Source of the DNA: an uncultured Chloroflexia bacterium
GTDB taxonomy: Bacteria > Chloroflexota > Limnocylindria > Limnocylindrales > CSP1-4
NCBI GenBank assembly: GCA_963788685.1
Contig: CAWBHP010000013.1
Span: forward strand, 167,012-231,011
Direction: 5' to 3'
Length of the DNA: 64,000 bases
Part shown: positions 43,333 to 54,969 of the stretch, piece after piece
Layout: each line of letters begins with the position of its first letter
Position numbering within the stretch: the first letter of the stretch is position 1
Made by a program: the position numbers and the translations under genes
Notes under the pieces: model-generated
What the model was told of the DNA's origin: nothing
Database searches by the model: none
Seen by the model: only the letters and a program-made list of their open reading frames with translations

Positions 43333-44290
43333 TTAGGTCGGGCGGCGCCGGGTGACGACGAACGCGCCGCCGACGAGGAACACGAGACCGAGGATCGCCT
43401 CCGCGGCGGCCTCGCGCGTCTCGACGGTTCGGTAGCGGTCACCCGGGATGATCAGGGACACGTTCGGGTACTGCGGGCCGAACTCGCTCTCGAACGCCCG
43501 CGGATCGATCCGGATCAGCTCGTCGTACGTCACGAGCCGCCCGTCCGGCAGCTCGAGCCGGTTGTCGAGATAGAGGTCGTTGTTCGAGTAGAACGTGTTC
43601 TCGTCCTGCCGCTGGATGACGGCCTCGTCGAGCAGGATCTCCCGGTGCAGGAGGCCGATCGCGACGATCGTCAGCATGCCCAGGATCAGGCCAAGCAGGA
43701 ACGTCGGCACCGCCCGGCCGAAGAGGGCCCCGACGGCGACCGCGGTCGATGCCAGCAGGAACGCCTGCGTTGCCATCAGGACACCGCGGAACCGGAAGCC
43801 GACAAACGATGCGGCGAGGTCCGTCTCGGGGATCAGCGCCCGGGTCAGATGTTCCGCCGCGGCGCCGACGATGAAGGTCAGCGCCAGCACCAGGACGATC
43901 ATCGGCACGACGCGATGAAGGAACCAGCGGAGGCGCGACGGGGACAACGACCAGGCGAGGGACGTCGTGCCGCGCTCGATCTCGCGGGAGATGACAGGCC
44001 CACCGATCAGGAGCCCGGCGATGATCGGGTAGAGCACCATGAGCGTGGAAACCGGGTTGGCCAGGCCGGCGATCCGGTTGAACGCCTCGTACTGTGCGAT
44101 GCACGACTCCGGCAGCTCGCCCGTCTCGAACGATCGGCTGGCAATCAGGTGGCAGGCCGACGTTCGCCAGGGCCCAATGGGCGATGATCGCGCCGACGAC
44201 CAGCAGTGCGCCGAGGACGACGACCGCGCCGACCTCGAAGCGGTGCATCCGGAACGTCAGCCGGACGATCCGGCCAATTCGGCGGATCAC
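43333..44290 (-). CDS. ABC-2 type transporter permease (copy 1); about two frameshifts
   Basis: Motifs are REIERGTTSLAWS and RLPDGRLVTYDEL. The ATG overlaps the upstream ATPase stop. Confidence 0.55.
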
Positions 44291-45204
44291 GATGCGACCC
44301 CCGGAACCGGCTCATCGGCCTCCAGCTGGCCCCGTCGGCGGCCCGCGGCGAGATGGCCGATGACGACCTCTTCGAGCGTCGCCGCCCGCCCGATGACCGG
44401 AGGGGCGCCGCCGTTCCCGGCTCCCTCGCCGTTCGCGCCCACCCGAACGAGCGTCAGTCGTTCATCGGTCGTCGTCGGGAACGTCCCGACCGTCCCGGGC
44501 CGACCCGGTTCCCAGGACGGCGCTTCAACGACGCGGTGATGGGCGAGGGCGTCCTCCACGCTCAGGTCGAGCAGCGTCCTGCCTCGCCCGAGGACGACGA
44601 GCCGGTCGCAGGCCTGCTCGATGTCGGTGATGACGTGCGACGAGAGCAGCGCCGTGTGGCCCTCGCCACGGACCGCGGTCACGAGGACGTGGAGGAACTC
44701 GCGTCGAGCCAGCGGGTCGAGGCTCGCAAGGGGCTCATCGAGGAGCAGAATCCGGGCCCGCGTCCCGAGGGCCAGCGCCAGCCCGACCTGGGCCTGCTCG
44801 CCGCCCGAGAGCTGGTTCGCCTGGGCGGCGAGCGGGATGCCGAGCCGCTCGACGTAGCCCTTCGCGAGGTCCGCGTCGAAGCCGGTTCGGAACGTGATCG
44901 CCAGCTCGATGTGCTCGGCGATCGTCAGCTCGCGGTACAGGGCCGGCTGCTGCGGCACGTAGCCGGAGCGCATGACCGCCGCCTTGCGCTGGCGCTGCGG
45001 ATCGATGCCGGCGATCGAGAGCCGGCCCTCGGTCGGCGGCTCGAACCCGATCCAGCCCCGGATGAGCGTCGACTTGCCCGACCCGTTCGGCCCGACGAGC
45101 GCGGTGATGCTGCCCTCGGGGACGGCCAGGTCGAGGCCGCGCAGCGCCCACGGCCGGCCGCGGTAGCGCTTTCCGTAGCCGTGCGCCTCGAGGACCGCCG
45201 TCAT
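44287..45204 (-). CDS. ABC transporter ATP-binding protein (copy 1)
   Basis: Motifs are GPNGSGKST, LSGGEQAQVGLALAL and LLLDEP. The gene is intact. Confidence 0.75.
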   Translation of the reverse strand: MTAVLEAHGYGKRYRGRPWALRGLDLAVPEGSITALVGPNGSGKSTLIRGWIGFEPPTEGRLSIAGIDPQRQRKAAVMRSGYVPQQPALYRELTIAEHIELAITFRTGFDADLAKGYVERLGIPLAAQANQLSGGEQAQVGLALALGTRARILLLDEPLASLDPLARREFLHVLVTAVRGEGHTALLSSHVITDIEQACDRLVVLGRGRTLLDLSVEDALAHHRVVEAPSWEPGRPGTVGTFPTTTDERLTLVRVGANGEGAGNGGAPPVIGRAATLEEVVIGHLAAGRRRGQLEADEPVPGVAS

Positions 45205-45268
45205 CTGCCCCTCCCCAGGTCGCCGGCGATCGCCCGGCTCCTCGCGATGGTAGCGGGTCGACCGTCGC

Positions 45269-46180
45269 TCAACCCGGGCGTCTGCGCTGGACGATGGCCG
45301 CGGTTCCGGCGAGCATCACCACAGCGATCCCGCCGAGGACTGCCGCCTCCCGCGCCTCGACGGCCCGATACCGCTCGCCCGGGATGACCAGAGCGACGAT
45401 CGGATATTTCGCTTGCCCGGTCTCGTCGTTCAACGCCGCTGGGTCGATCTGGTACAGCTCCTCGTAGCCGACGAGTCGGCCGTCCGGCAGGCGGAAGAAC
45501 TGGTCGATGTAGCGGTCGCCGCGGCCGATATTTGCTTCGTCGGCGATGACCGCCTCCTTCGCTGTGTAGTCCGCGTGGAACTTCGTGACGAATGTCAGCC
45601 CCAAAGCACCGAGGATCAGCGCCACGATCACCGTCGGCAGGACGCGTCCGATGACGGCGCCGAGACCCATCGCCCCCGCCGTGATCACGAGGGCAGTAAT
45701 CGCGATGAGGACGCCGCGAGTGCCGTAAGCATCGAAAGCGTTCGCGACGTCGACGCCGGGCGATCCGCGCCGCGACGAGGCGGTCGGCGGCGAACCCTGC
45801 CACGAACGTGAGAGCGAGCACAACGGCGAGGATCGGCAAGCATCCGCGCCAGGTACCAGCGGAATCGCGACGGCGCGATCGACCAGGCAAGTCGGGTCGT
45901 GCCCGCGTTCGATCTCGCGGGCGATCAAGCGGTCCGCCGAGGAACAGCCCAGCCGCATACGGCAGGATCGCGATGAAGCCGAGGACGGGCGATGCCTGGC
46001 TCTGGTCGATGTCATAGAACGACCGGCCGAGCGCCTCGCAGCGGTGAAGACAGCGACGCATTTGCGTCAGCACGCGCCCCGAACCCGACGGCGTCGAGCT
46101 GGCCGGCGACCTAATACGCCGCCATGACGAGGAACACTGTCGCGATCCCAGGAGCGCGACGAGCTTCGAAGCGGTGCATC
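45269..46180 (-). CDS. ABC-2 type transporter permease (copy 2, paralog); many frameshifts
   Basis: Motifs are MRDSIRLSFLMHRFEA, REIERG and RLPDGRLVGYEELYQIDPAAL. Confidence 0.5.
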
Positions 46181-47076
46181 AGGAACGAGAGCCGGATCGA
46201 GTCGCGCATCAGGCGGCCACTTTCCGCTCCGCCTTGGCCGGTCTCGTCCGGCCGGCCGGCGGCCAGATGCCCGATCACGACTTCCTCGAGTGTCGCCGGT
46301 CTGCCCGCCCGCCCCTTGATCAGGGTGAGGCGCTCGCCCGTCGACGATGGAAACGAGCCGACGACCTGCGCGCCGATCGGCCGTGGCTCGGCCCCGGCGA
46401 CGATTCCGTGGCCGGCGATCGCCTCGCTGATCGAGACCGCGAGCAGCGACCGCCCCCCGCCGAGGACGATGAGGCTGTCGCAGGCCTGCTCGATGTCGGT
46501 GATCACGTGGGACGAGAGCAGGGCGGTCGAGCCAGCTGCCCGGACGGCCTCGACGAGCACCTGGAGGAACTCTCGGCGGGCGAGCGGATCGAGGCTCGCG
46601 AGCGGCTCGTCGAGAAGGAGGACCGGCGCCCGCGTGCCCAGCGCGAGCGCCAGCCCGACCTGCGCCTGCTGTCCCCCAGACAGCTCGTCGGCGCGGGAAT
46701 CAAGCGGGATGGAGAGGTCGTCGAGATAGCCGCGGGCCAGGGAGCGGTCGAAGCCCGGCCGGTGGTACGCGGCGAACGTGATGTGGTCCTCGACGGTGAG
46801 CTCGCGATAGAGCGACGGCGCCTGGGGCACGTAGCCGGCCAGCGAAACCGCCGCGCCCCGGTTGCGGACCGGGTCGACGCCATGGATCCGGAGCTGCCCT
46901 GTCGTGGGCCGTTCGAAGCCGACCCACGCCTTCAGGAGCGTCGACTTGCCCGACCCGTTCGGCCCGACGAGCGCCGTGATGCTGCCTTCCTCGACCACGA
47001 GGTCGAGATCGCGCAGCGCCCAGCGCCGCCGGCCGTATCGCTTGCCCAGCCCCGTTGTCTCGAGCACCGCCGTCAT
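46177..47076 (-). CDS. ABC transporter ATP-binding protein (copy 2, paralog); stop lost into the permease reading frame
   Basis: The motif is GPNGSGKST...LSGGQQAQVGLALAL. About 75% of residues are identical to copy 1. Confidence 0.7.
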
Positions 47077-47228
47077 CCAGCCCCTCCCGTTGTCCCGGAC
47101 TCAGCGAGCGCCGGGTTGCCCCCAGCGTGGCGACGCGGCCTCCGTGCGACGAGCGGTCGCATCCCGAGACAGCGTTGCGGGATTCCCCGGACCGCGATCG
47201 GACCCGTGGCCTGCTACCTTCGGTACCA

Positions 47229-48927
47229 ATGAACGCGCGCACGCACACCTGGGTAGCCGGCACCATCGCCGCCTTCGCGCTTGGCGTCAGCCTGCTCGTG
47301 ATGCTGTTCGGAACGTACGAGCCGGGCCTGCGCCTTGGCGTCGCCGACGGCGGGCTGATCGTGACCGAAGTAACGCAGTACGGCCAGGCTGCCCGTGACG
47401 GCGTCAGACCCGGGATGCGGGTCATCAACCTGAATGGCCAGCAGCTGATCCAGCTTCCGTCCTGGAACTATCCTGAATACCAGGAGCCGCCGATAGACGG
47501 CAGCGCCCCACCAGATCCGGTCTTGGTCGGGCCGGCCGTCCCGACGCCGGTCACTCTGTCCGACGATCAGCTCCAGCGGCTCGCGGCAAGCCGGATAGAC
47601 CAGGCGGATCTCATCGAGCCGGGGCAGCTCGCCGCGTGGTCGGTCGACAACCAGTGCTGCCCGATCGGCGTGTACTACCCAGGGTCCTGGTCGATCACCG
47701 AGGCGAGCCTGGCCCTGATTCCGGGGCTTGCGTTGCTGCTCCTCGGGGTCTGGTGGCTCGACACCGGGCGCGGTGGGGAGTCGCTCCGCGCAATCGCCTT
47801 GCCCGCGGCCGCCGCGGCCGCGACTCCGCTCCTCGTCCAGCCGATCATGGCGACGATGAGTCCGGGCCTCGTGATTCTCGCCGGGCTGCTGACCGTGGCC
47901 GCCATGATTCCGCTCGCCGTTGGGCTGGCGGACAAGATCGAGGACGAGCATGACCGTCGGCTCGTCATCATCGCGACGGCGCTCTTATCGGTGGTCGGGG
48001 CCGTCAGCGTCGTGTTCGTCATCACGAACGGCGCCTTCGGGTCGGATGTCGAGTTCCTCCGCTGGTTATCCGTCGGCGCGATCCCGCTCGTTCCGGGTCT
48101 CGCCGCCGCAGGCCCGCTGAACCTGGGCGGTCTCCGCGGCGCGGGGATCACGAGCCGGAAAGCTCATGCAATCGACCGAGCTCGCCCTCGCCGGCGCCAC
48201 GCCGCTGTTCGCCCTCGCGACGGACCGGCCGCCCTACATCTGGCCGATCGCGCTCTGGCTCGGGGCGATCGCCGTCGCCGGCCGGTTCACCGTCCGGCCG
48301 CTGGCGCGCCTCGCGACCCGCGCCCAGCTCCAGCGCGACCTGATCGTCGCGGCGACGGAGGCCGAGCGCGCCCGGGTCGCCGCCGACATCCACGACGACG
48401 CGCTCCAGGAGCTGACGCTCCTCGTCCGGCGGCTCGAGACGGCCGGCGACACGGAGGGCGCGGAGCTCGGCCGAACCGTCGCCGATCGGCTGCGGGCGAT
48501 CTGCGGCGACCTGCGGCTGCCGATCCTCGACGACCTCGGCGTCGGGCCGGCGCTCGACTGGCTCGTCCTGCGGATCGAGCGGCTCGCCGGCGGCGAGGTC
48601 CGCCTCGAGCGGACCGACGGGACGCGGCCGCCGCCCGACGTCGAGCTGGCGTTCTTCCGGGTCGCCCAGGAGGCGCTCGCCAACGCGGTCAAGCACGGCC
48701 GGCCGCCGATCGTCGTGCGCTACCGGGCGACCGATCCGGGCGCCTCGCTGTCGATCGACGACGCCGGGCCCGGGATCGCCCCGGACGCCGGCGCGGCCGC
48801 CGAGCAGGGCGGCCACTTCGGGCTGCTGAACATGCAGCAGCGCGCGGAGGCGATCGGCGCGATCCTCGACATCCGCCGCTGGCCGAGCGGCGGGACGCAC
48901 GTCGCGCTGGAGTGGCGCCAGCGTTGA
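47229..48927 (+). CDS. sensor histidine kinase (HisKA_3/NarX-like) with a PDZ-like extracytoplasmic domain and several transmembrane segments; frameshift at about 48140
   Basis: The PDZ-like region is GLIVTEVTQYGQAARDGVRPGMRVINLNGQQL. The H-box is ERARVAADIHDDALQEL. The HATPase region is LAFFRVAQEALANAVKHG...DDAGPGI. Confidence 0.65.
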
Positions 48928-49572
48928 CGATCGAGGCTGAGGACGCCGCGCCGCCGATCCGGGTCGCGATCGTCGACGACCACCCGGTCGCTGCGCGAGG
49001 GAACGGCGGCGCTGCTCGCGGCCCAGCCCGGGCTCGAGGTCGTCGGCGTCGCGTCGCTCGCTGGACGAGGCGGACGGCGCTCGTCGGCCGCGGGGCCGCG
49101 TCGACGTCCTGCTCCTCGACATCCGGCTCGGCACGGACAGCGGCCTGCGCTGCTGACGCGGCCGATCCGCCGCGAGCCCGCGGCCGGCGGTCGTCGTCCT
49201 GACCGCCTACGACTACCCGCAGTACGCGGAGGCGGCGCTCCGGCTCGGGGCGGCGGGCTTCGTGCTCAAGACCGCGCCGATCGCGGAGCTCCTCGACGCG
49301 ATCCGGCGGGCCGCCGCCGGCGGCCTGGCGTTCGGTGTCCGGCCCGGCCGGGGCGCGGCCGTCGCGCGGCTCAGCGAACGGGAGCTGGACGTCGTCCGGC
49401 TCGTCGTCGACGGCCGCTCGAACGACGAGATCGCGGCGCGCTCGGGATCGGCGCGAAGACCGTCGAGACGCACCTGCGCCGGCTGTTCGAGCGGTTCGAC
49501 CTCGCCTCGCGGACCGAGCTGGCGACGCGGGCACTTCGCGAGGGCTGGCTGGACGTCCCGCCCGCAATCTGA
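48924..49572 (+). CDS. NarL/LuxR-family response regulator; frameshifts
   Basis: The receiver domain has IRVAIVDDHP and VLLLDIRL. The LuxR helix-turn-helix is LSERELDVVRLVVDGRSNDEIA...KTVETHLRRLF. Confidence 0.6.
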
Positions 49573-49583
49573 CGGTCCATGCG

Positions 49584-49900
49584 TGCGTTGGCCGCTCCGC
49601 CCCGCACGCGTTGGCGCTCGCCCGGCGCTGCCGACCGACGACGGCTGGACCGCCGGTTCGCGGGCGGGCCCTCGCGCCGCCCGTTGGCTCGCCGGGCGTG
49701 CCAACCGACGAAGGAAGGGCGATTCGGTCGTCCGAGGCGCCCTCGGCCTCCGGTTGGCTCGCCCGGCGTTCCAAAGCGGCGACGAGGAAGCCGGCGGCGA
49801 TTCCGGCCATCCGAGGCGTCCATCGGCCAGCTCCGTTTGGCTCGTCCCAGGGTCGTTCGCCCGAGCTCGCACGGCCGAGACTCGCGCGATCACCCGGTAC
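49584..49900. repeat. array of four or five degenerate tandem repeats (about 70-83 bp) with core GTTGGC(G)CTCGCCCGGCG, in the 5' leader of corA
   Basis: Copies of the core start at 49586, 49609, 49682, 49752 and 49835. Units B and C also share cgaNgaaggaag..gattc..gg.c.tccgaggcg. Confidence 0.55.
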
Positions 49901-49977
49901 GAACGGGCGGTGGTACGCCGAGACCGGTGAACGGCTAGGATTGCGCCGGAACCCCTACCGATGAAGCCTCCCAGTCG

Positions 49978-50974
49978 ATGCCGAACCTGCCGCTCCCACG
50001 CCCTCGCCTTCGCCGTGGCGTCCCGGGCAGTGCGGTCCTGCCCGGCGACGTAGAGGGTCGCCGACCCGGAGATCATCGAGAGCAGCGGCCTCCGCTGGAT
50101 CCACATCGAAGAGCCCCGCCTGGCCCACCGCGAGTGGCTCGAGACGAACTTCAACTTCCACCCGCTCGACTTCGAGGACGTCTATTCCCGCAACCAGCGC
50201 CCGAAGCTCGACTCGTACGACGACTACATCTTCATCGTCCTCCACTTCCCGATCTTCGAGAAGGCGACCGGGCGGCTGCTGTCGGCCGAGCTGGACCTCT
50301 TCATCGGGCCCGACTACCTGATCACGCTGCCCGACACCCCGCTGCCGCCACTCAGCGCGATGTTCGAGCGGCTCAAGACGCGAGAGGACCTGCGCGAGCA
50401 GAACTTCTCGAAGGGCTCGGGCTACCTGCTCTACAAGATCGTCGACACGAACGTCGACTCCTCGTTCCCGATGCTCCGCAAGATGGGCAACAAGCTCGAC
50501 CGGCTCGAGGACGACATCTTCGAGGGCCGCTCGTCGGAGATCGTCCGCGATATCTCGAACGCCAAGCAGGAGATCATCAACTTCCGCAAGATCGTCCGGC
50601 CTCAGCGCGCCGTGCTCCGCGATCTCGAGCGGACGAAGCAGCGCTACCTGGCCGAAGAACTCGAGATCTACTTCGACGACATCTCGGACGCGGCGGAGCG
50701 GATCTGGGACACGCTCGAGAACTACAAGGAGGTCGTCGAGGCTCTCGAAGGCACGAACGAGAACCTTCTCTCGCACCGCCTGAACGACTCGTTTCGCGTG
50801 CTGACGGCGGCCAGCGTCATCCTCCTCCCGCTCACGCTCATCGCCAGCATCTTCGGGATGAACGTCCACTTTCCGGGCGAGGGCGAAACGATCACGTTCT
50901 TCGCGATCCTCAGCCTGATGGCGCGTGTGCTCGTCGTGCTCGTGGTCGTCTTCCGTAGGCGCGGCTGGCTGTAG
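49978..50974 (+). CDS. corA: magnesium/cobalt transporter CorA; frameshift at about 50055
   Basis: Motifs are LRWIHIEEPRLAHREWLETNFNFHPLDFEDV and, at the C-terminus, IFGMNVHFPGE (the GMN motif). Confidence 0.75.
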
Positions 50975-51015
50975 GCGAATCTCGGAGCGTACAGTCATCG
51001 GGAGAGGCACCCTCG

Positions 51016-52680
51016 ATGACCAGCACTGACCCACCGCCCGCCGGCACCCAGACGGCCGTCCCGCTGTCGTGGAACGACGAATTCGGCCGGCTGTCGGCCG
51101 CCGCAACGGCTGGCTCCCTCGAGATCGCCGATCTCGGAGCGGCTCGCGGTCGCAGCTCACATGCTCGGCCGGACCGACGACGCGACCCGGGCCTGGGAGG
51201 CAGCCCATCACGCAGCTGTCCGGGCCGGCGAACCGGCACGTGCCGCGGGACATGCTTTCCATCTCGTCATGGGCTTTGGCCAGCGGGGCGAGGTCGCCCA
51301 GGCCGGCGGCTGGTTCGCCCGAGCCTCGCGACTGGTCGAAGAGGCAGGCGACTGCGTCGAGGCCGGCTATCTGCTCGTTCCGGTGGCCCTCCGCGCCCTC
51401 GACGAGCGGCGATCCGGACGAGGCGTTGGCCGCGCTTCGAACAAGCAGGCGTCATCGCCGAGCCGGTTCGCGAAACCGCGAGCTCTCGGCGCTGTCCCGG
51501 CTCGGTCAGGGGCAGTGCCTGATCGGCATCGGTGAGACCGAGCGCGGCGTCGCCCTGCTCGACGAGGCGATGGTCGCGGTGACCGCCGGCGAGGCTATCG
51601 CCGATCGATCACGGGGATCGTGTACTGCGCCGTCGATCGAGGCGTTCCAGCGCGATCTTCGACCTCCGCCGCGCGCAGGAGTGGACGGCGGCACTGACGC
51701 GCTGGTGCGATGTCGCAGCCCGACATCGTCCCGTTCCGCGGCCGCTGCCTCGTCTACCGCGCGGAGCTCATGCAGTTCCACGGCGCAGTGGCGGCGAGGC
51801 GATCGCCGAGGTCGCGCCGTGCTGCGGACTGGCTGTCGCGGCCACCGCCCGAGCCCGCGATCGGGGAGGCGCTCTACCAGCAGGCCGAGCTGCACCGCCT
51901 GCGCGGGGACTACGCGGCGGCGGAGGCGGCCTATCGCGAGGCCGGCCAGTGGGGTCGTCGCCCGGAACCCGGGCTGGCGCTGCTTCGCCTTGCCCAGGGA
52001 CGACGCCGACGGCGGCCGCGGCGATGATCCGGCGGGCCCTCGATGAGACGCGGACGGGCTCTCGCGGCCCCGACTGCTGGAGCCATGCGTCGAGATCCTG
52101 TTGGCGGCCGGCGACGATCGAGGCGGCGCGCGATCGGCGGCCGACGAGCTGGCGCGCCTCGCCGCGGCCGCGCGACGCGCCCCTGCTTCAGGGCGATCGC
52201 CGCGCGGGCCGACGGGGCAGTGCGCTTGGCGGCGGGCGAGCCGCGCGGCGCGCTCGGCGTTCCTGCGGCGGGCGTGGGAGCTGTGGCAGGACGCTCGATG
52301 CCCCGTACGAGGCGGCCCGCGTGCGGGTGCGGATCGGCCTTGCATGCCGGGCGCTCGGCGACGCACGACACGGCCGCGATCGAGCTCGAGGCAGCCCGCG
52401 AGGTGTTCGAGCGAGCTCGGGCGCGGCCCCGGACGCTCGCCCGGCTCGAGCGATCGCTCGGACGGCGACGCCGTGCAGCTGACCCGGCGGCCTGAGCCGC
52501 GCGCGAGATCGAGGTCCTCCGGCTCGTCGCCGGCGGCAAGACCAACCGCGGCGATCGCCGAGCGAGCTCGTCGATCAGCGAGCGGACCGTCGACCGCCAC
52601 GTCAGCAACATCTTCACGAAGCTCGACGTGTCGACTCGCGCCGCCGCGACCGCGTTCGCCTACGAGCACGACCTCGTCTG
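51016..52680 (+). CDS. large LuxR-family transcriptional regulator (helical N-terminal domain plus C-terminal LuxR helix-turn-helix); many frameshifts
   Basis: The C-terminus reads [14 protein letters not shown]...[35 protein letters not shown]. The N-terminal region is spread across three frames. Confidence 0.45.
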
Positions 52681-52827
52681 ACCGCAGGTACCCATGCCCG
52701 GCCGCGGCGCGGATTGGGTACTTCCGCCGATGCGGCCGCGGCTCGCCCCGCCATAGCGGTCGTGCCGGCGACTGGGCGATCCCCTGGTCGCCTCCGAACC
52801 CGGACGGCGGAGGGCACCGTGAGCGCG

Positions 52828-53969
52828 ATGACGGACACGACCGAGCAGATCGACACGGTCGTCATCGGCGCGGGCCAGGCCGGCCTGTCGGCCGGCTACC
52901 ACCTCGCGAAGCGCGGGCATGCCGTTCCTGATCCTCGATGCCGACGCGCGGATCGGCGACCACTGGCGGCGACCGCTGGGACTCGCTCCGGCTCTACAGC
53001 CCGGCCCGGTACGACTCGCTGCCCGGGCATGCGCTTCCCGGCGCCGTCGTCCCACTGGCCGACCGGCCGCGAGATGGCGCGACTACCTCGAGGCGTACGC
53101 GCGACGGTTCGACCTGCCCGTCCGGAGCGGGACGCGCGTCGATCGCGTCGAGCCGATCGACGGCGGCTTCGTCGTGTCGACCGCGGACGGCGCGCGCCTC
53201 GCCGCGCGCCAGGTCATCGTCGCGACCGGGCCGTTCCGCCAGCCCAACGTCCCGGCGTTCGCCGCCGAGCTCGACCCGTCGATCCGGCAGCTGCACTCGC
53301 ACGAGTACCGCAACCCGGCCCAGCTCGCCGACGGGCCCGGTCCTCGTCGTCGGCCTGTCGCACTCCGGCGCCGACATCGCGTTCGAGGCCGCCAACGCCG
53401 GCCACCGGACGATCCTGTCGGGCAAGTCCCACGGCCAGGTGCCGATCCGGGTCACCGACACGAAGCGGGCCATGCTCGGCTGGCCGGTCGTCGAGTTCGT
53501 GTTCGGACACGTGCTCACGATGCGCACGCCGATGGGGCGGCGGATGCGCCCCGAGATCCGCAAGGGCGGCGGCCCGCTCATTCGGATCCGCCTGGGGGAC
53601 CTGGACCGGGCCGGCGTCGAGCGCCACGACGCGAAGACCGTCGGCGTGCGGGACGGCCGCCCGGTGCTCGCCGACGGCACGGTCCTCGACGTCGCGAACG
53701 TGATCTGGGCGACCGGCTACCGGCCCGACTACTCGTTCATCGCGGCGCCGATCGTCGGCGAGGACGGCTGGCCGATCGAGGAGCGCGGCGTCAGCCCGAC
53801 GGTGCCGGGCCTGTACTTCCTCGGCGTCCCGTTCCAGTACGCCTTCTCGTCGATGCTCGTGGCCGGCGCCGGCCGCGACGCGGGGTACGTCGTCGAGCAG
53901 GTCGCCAAGCGGGTCGCGCGCCACGCGACGGCGCCCCGCTCGGCGGCACCGGCGCCGGCGGCTCGCTGA
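52828..53969 (+). CDS. flavin-containing monooxygenase-like NAD(P)/FAD oxidoreductase; several frameshifts
   Basis: Motifs include IDTVVIGAGQAGLSAGYHLAKRG, LVVGLSHSGADIAFEAA, VIWATGYRPDYSF and LYFLGVPF. Confidence 0.55.
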
Positions 53970-53995
53970 AGCGTCGTCCGGGAGGGGTTGTTCCG

Positions 53996-54956
53996 ATGAC
54001 TGACCACGCGATCGCGACGCCGCAGGCGAACCTCGTCCGATCGAGCGATATCTCGGACGCGGAGACGCGGCTGTGGCAGCACCACGGATTGGCGCCGCGG
54101 AACCGATTCGTCGAGCATCGCCCGGCCACGGGCACGGCTCCGCGTGCAGGAGGTGGGATCGGGACCGCCGGTGCTGTTCGTCCACGGCACCGTCGGTCCC
54201 GGTTCATGGGCCGTCGCTTGATCGCCGGCATGCGCGGGGTGCCGGTTCTCGTCCTCGATCGTCCGGGCTGGGGACTCAGCACGCCGGTCGAGTATCCGCG
54301 CGGCGGCCGTACCGGCCTACGTCGCGGACCTGATCTGCCGGGGTCCTCGACGGGCTCGGCATCGACCGGGTCGACGTGGTCGGCGGATCGATCGGCGACG
54401 TCTGGGCGCTCAGCCTTGCCGAGCACCATCCGGACCGTGTCGGACGGATCGTGCTTCTGGGCGGCGGACCGATCGTCTCCGAGGTCCGCGTGCCCGGCGT
54501 CATCGGCGCACTCGCCTCGCCGATCGGCGCGGTGATCGTCCGCCTGCCGCTGAAGCGGGACCGCGTCCGAGTCGATCCTTCGCGAGAGCGGCCACGGCGC
54601 CAGCCTCGAGGACGGGCGCGATCGCCGGACGAGTTCATCGACTGGCGGTCTGGCTGCAGCCAACGACACGGCGTCGATGCGCCACGAGCGCGAGATGGTC
54701 CGCGGCATCGTCCGTGGATCAGGCTGGCGGCCGGGCTTCATGTTCGAGGACGACACAGCTCGGCCAGATCGAGCAGCCGACGACTGCATGGTCTACGGGA
54801 CGGCCGACGCCGACCGGTGGCGTCGACATGTGGGCGCGGGTGGTATCTGCGATGCCGCGCGCCGAGCTGCGGTTGATCGACGGCGCCGGCCACATGCCCT
54901 GGTTCGACGAGCCGGCACGGGTCGCCGCGGGGTCAACCGGTTCCTGGCCGGCGTGA
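53996..54956 (+). CDS. alpha/beta hydrolase; many frameshifts
   Basis: Motifs include PPVLFVHGT, VDVVGGSIGDVWALSLAEHHPDRVGRIVLLG and IDGAGHMPWFDEP. Confidence 0.5.
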
Positions 54957-54969
54957 CCGGCCGACTGGC

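Noticed and set aside
46111-46180. An apparent natural fusion of the second ABC ATPase with its permease
   Set aside because: In the first pair the ATPase stop overlaps the permease ATG (ATGA). In the second pair the same junction reads ..ctgatgcgc.., one base away from TGATG. This is more likely an indel artefact than a real fusion.
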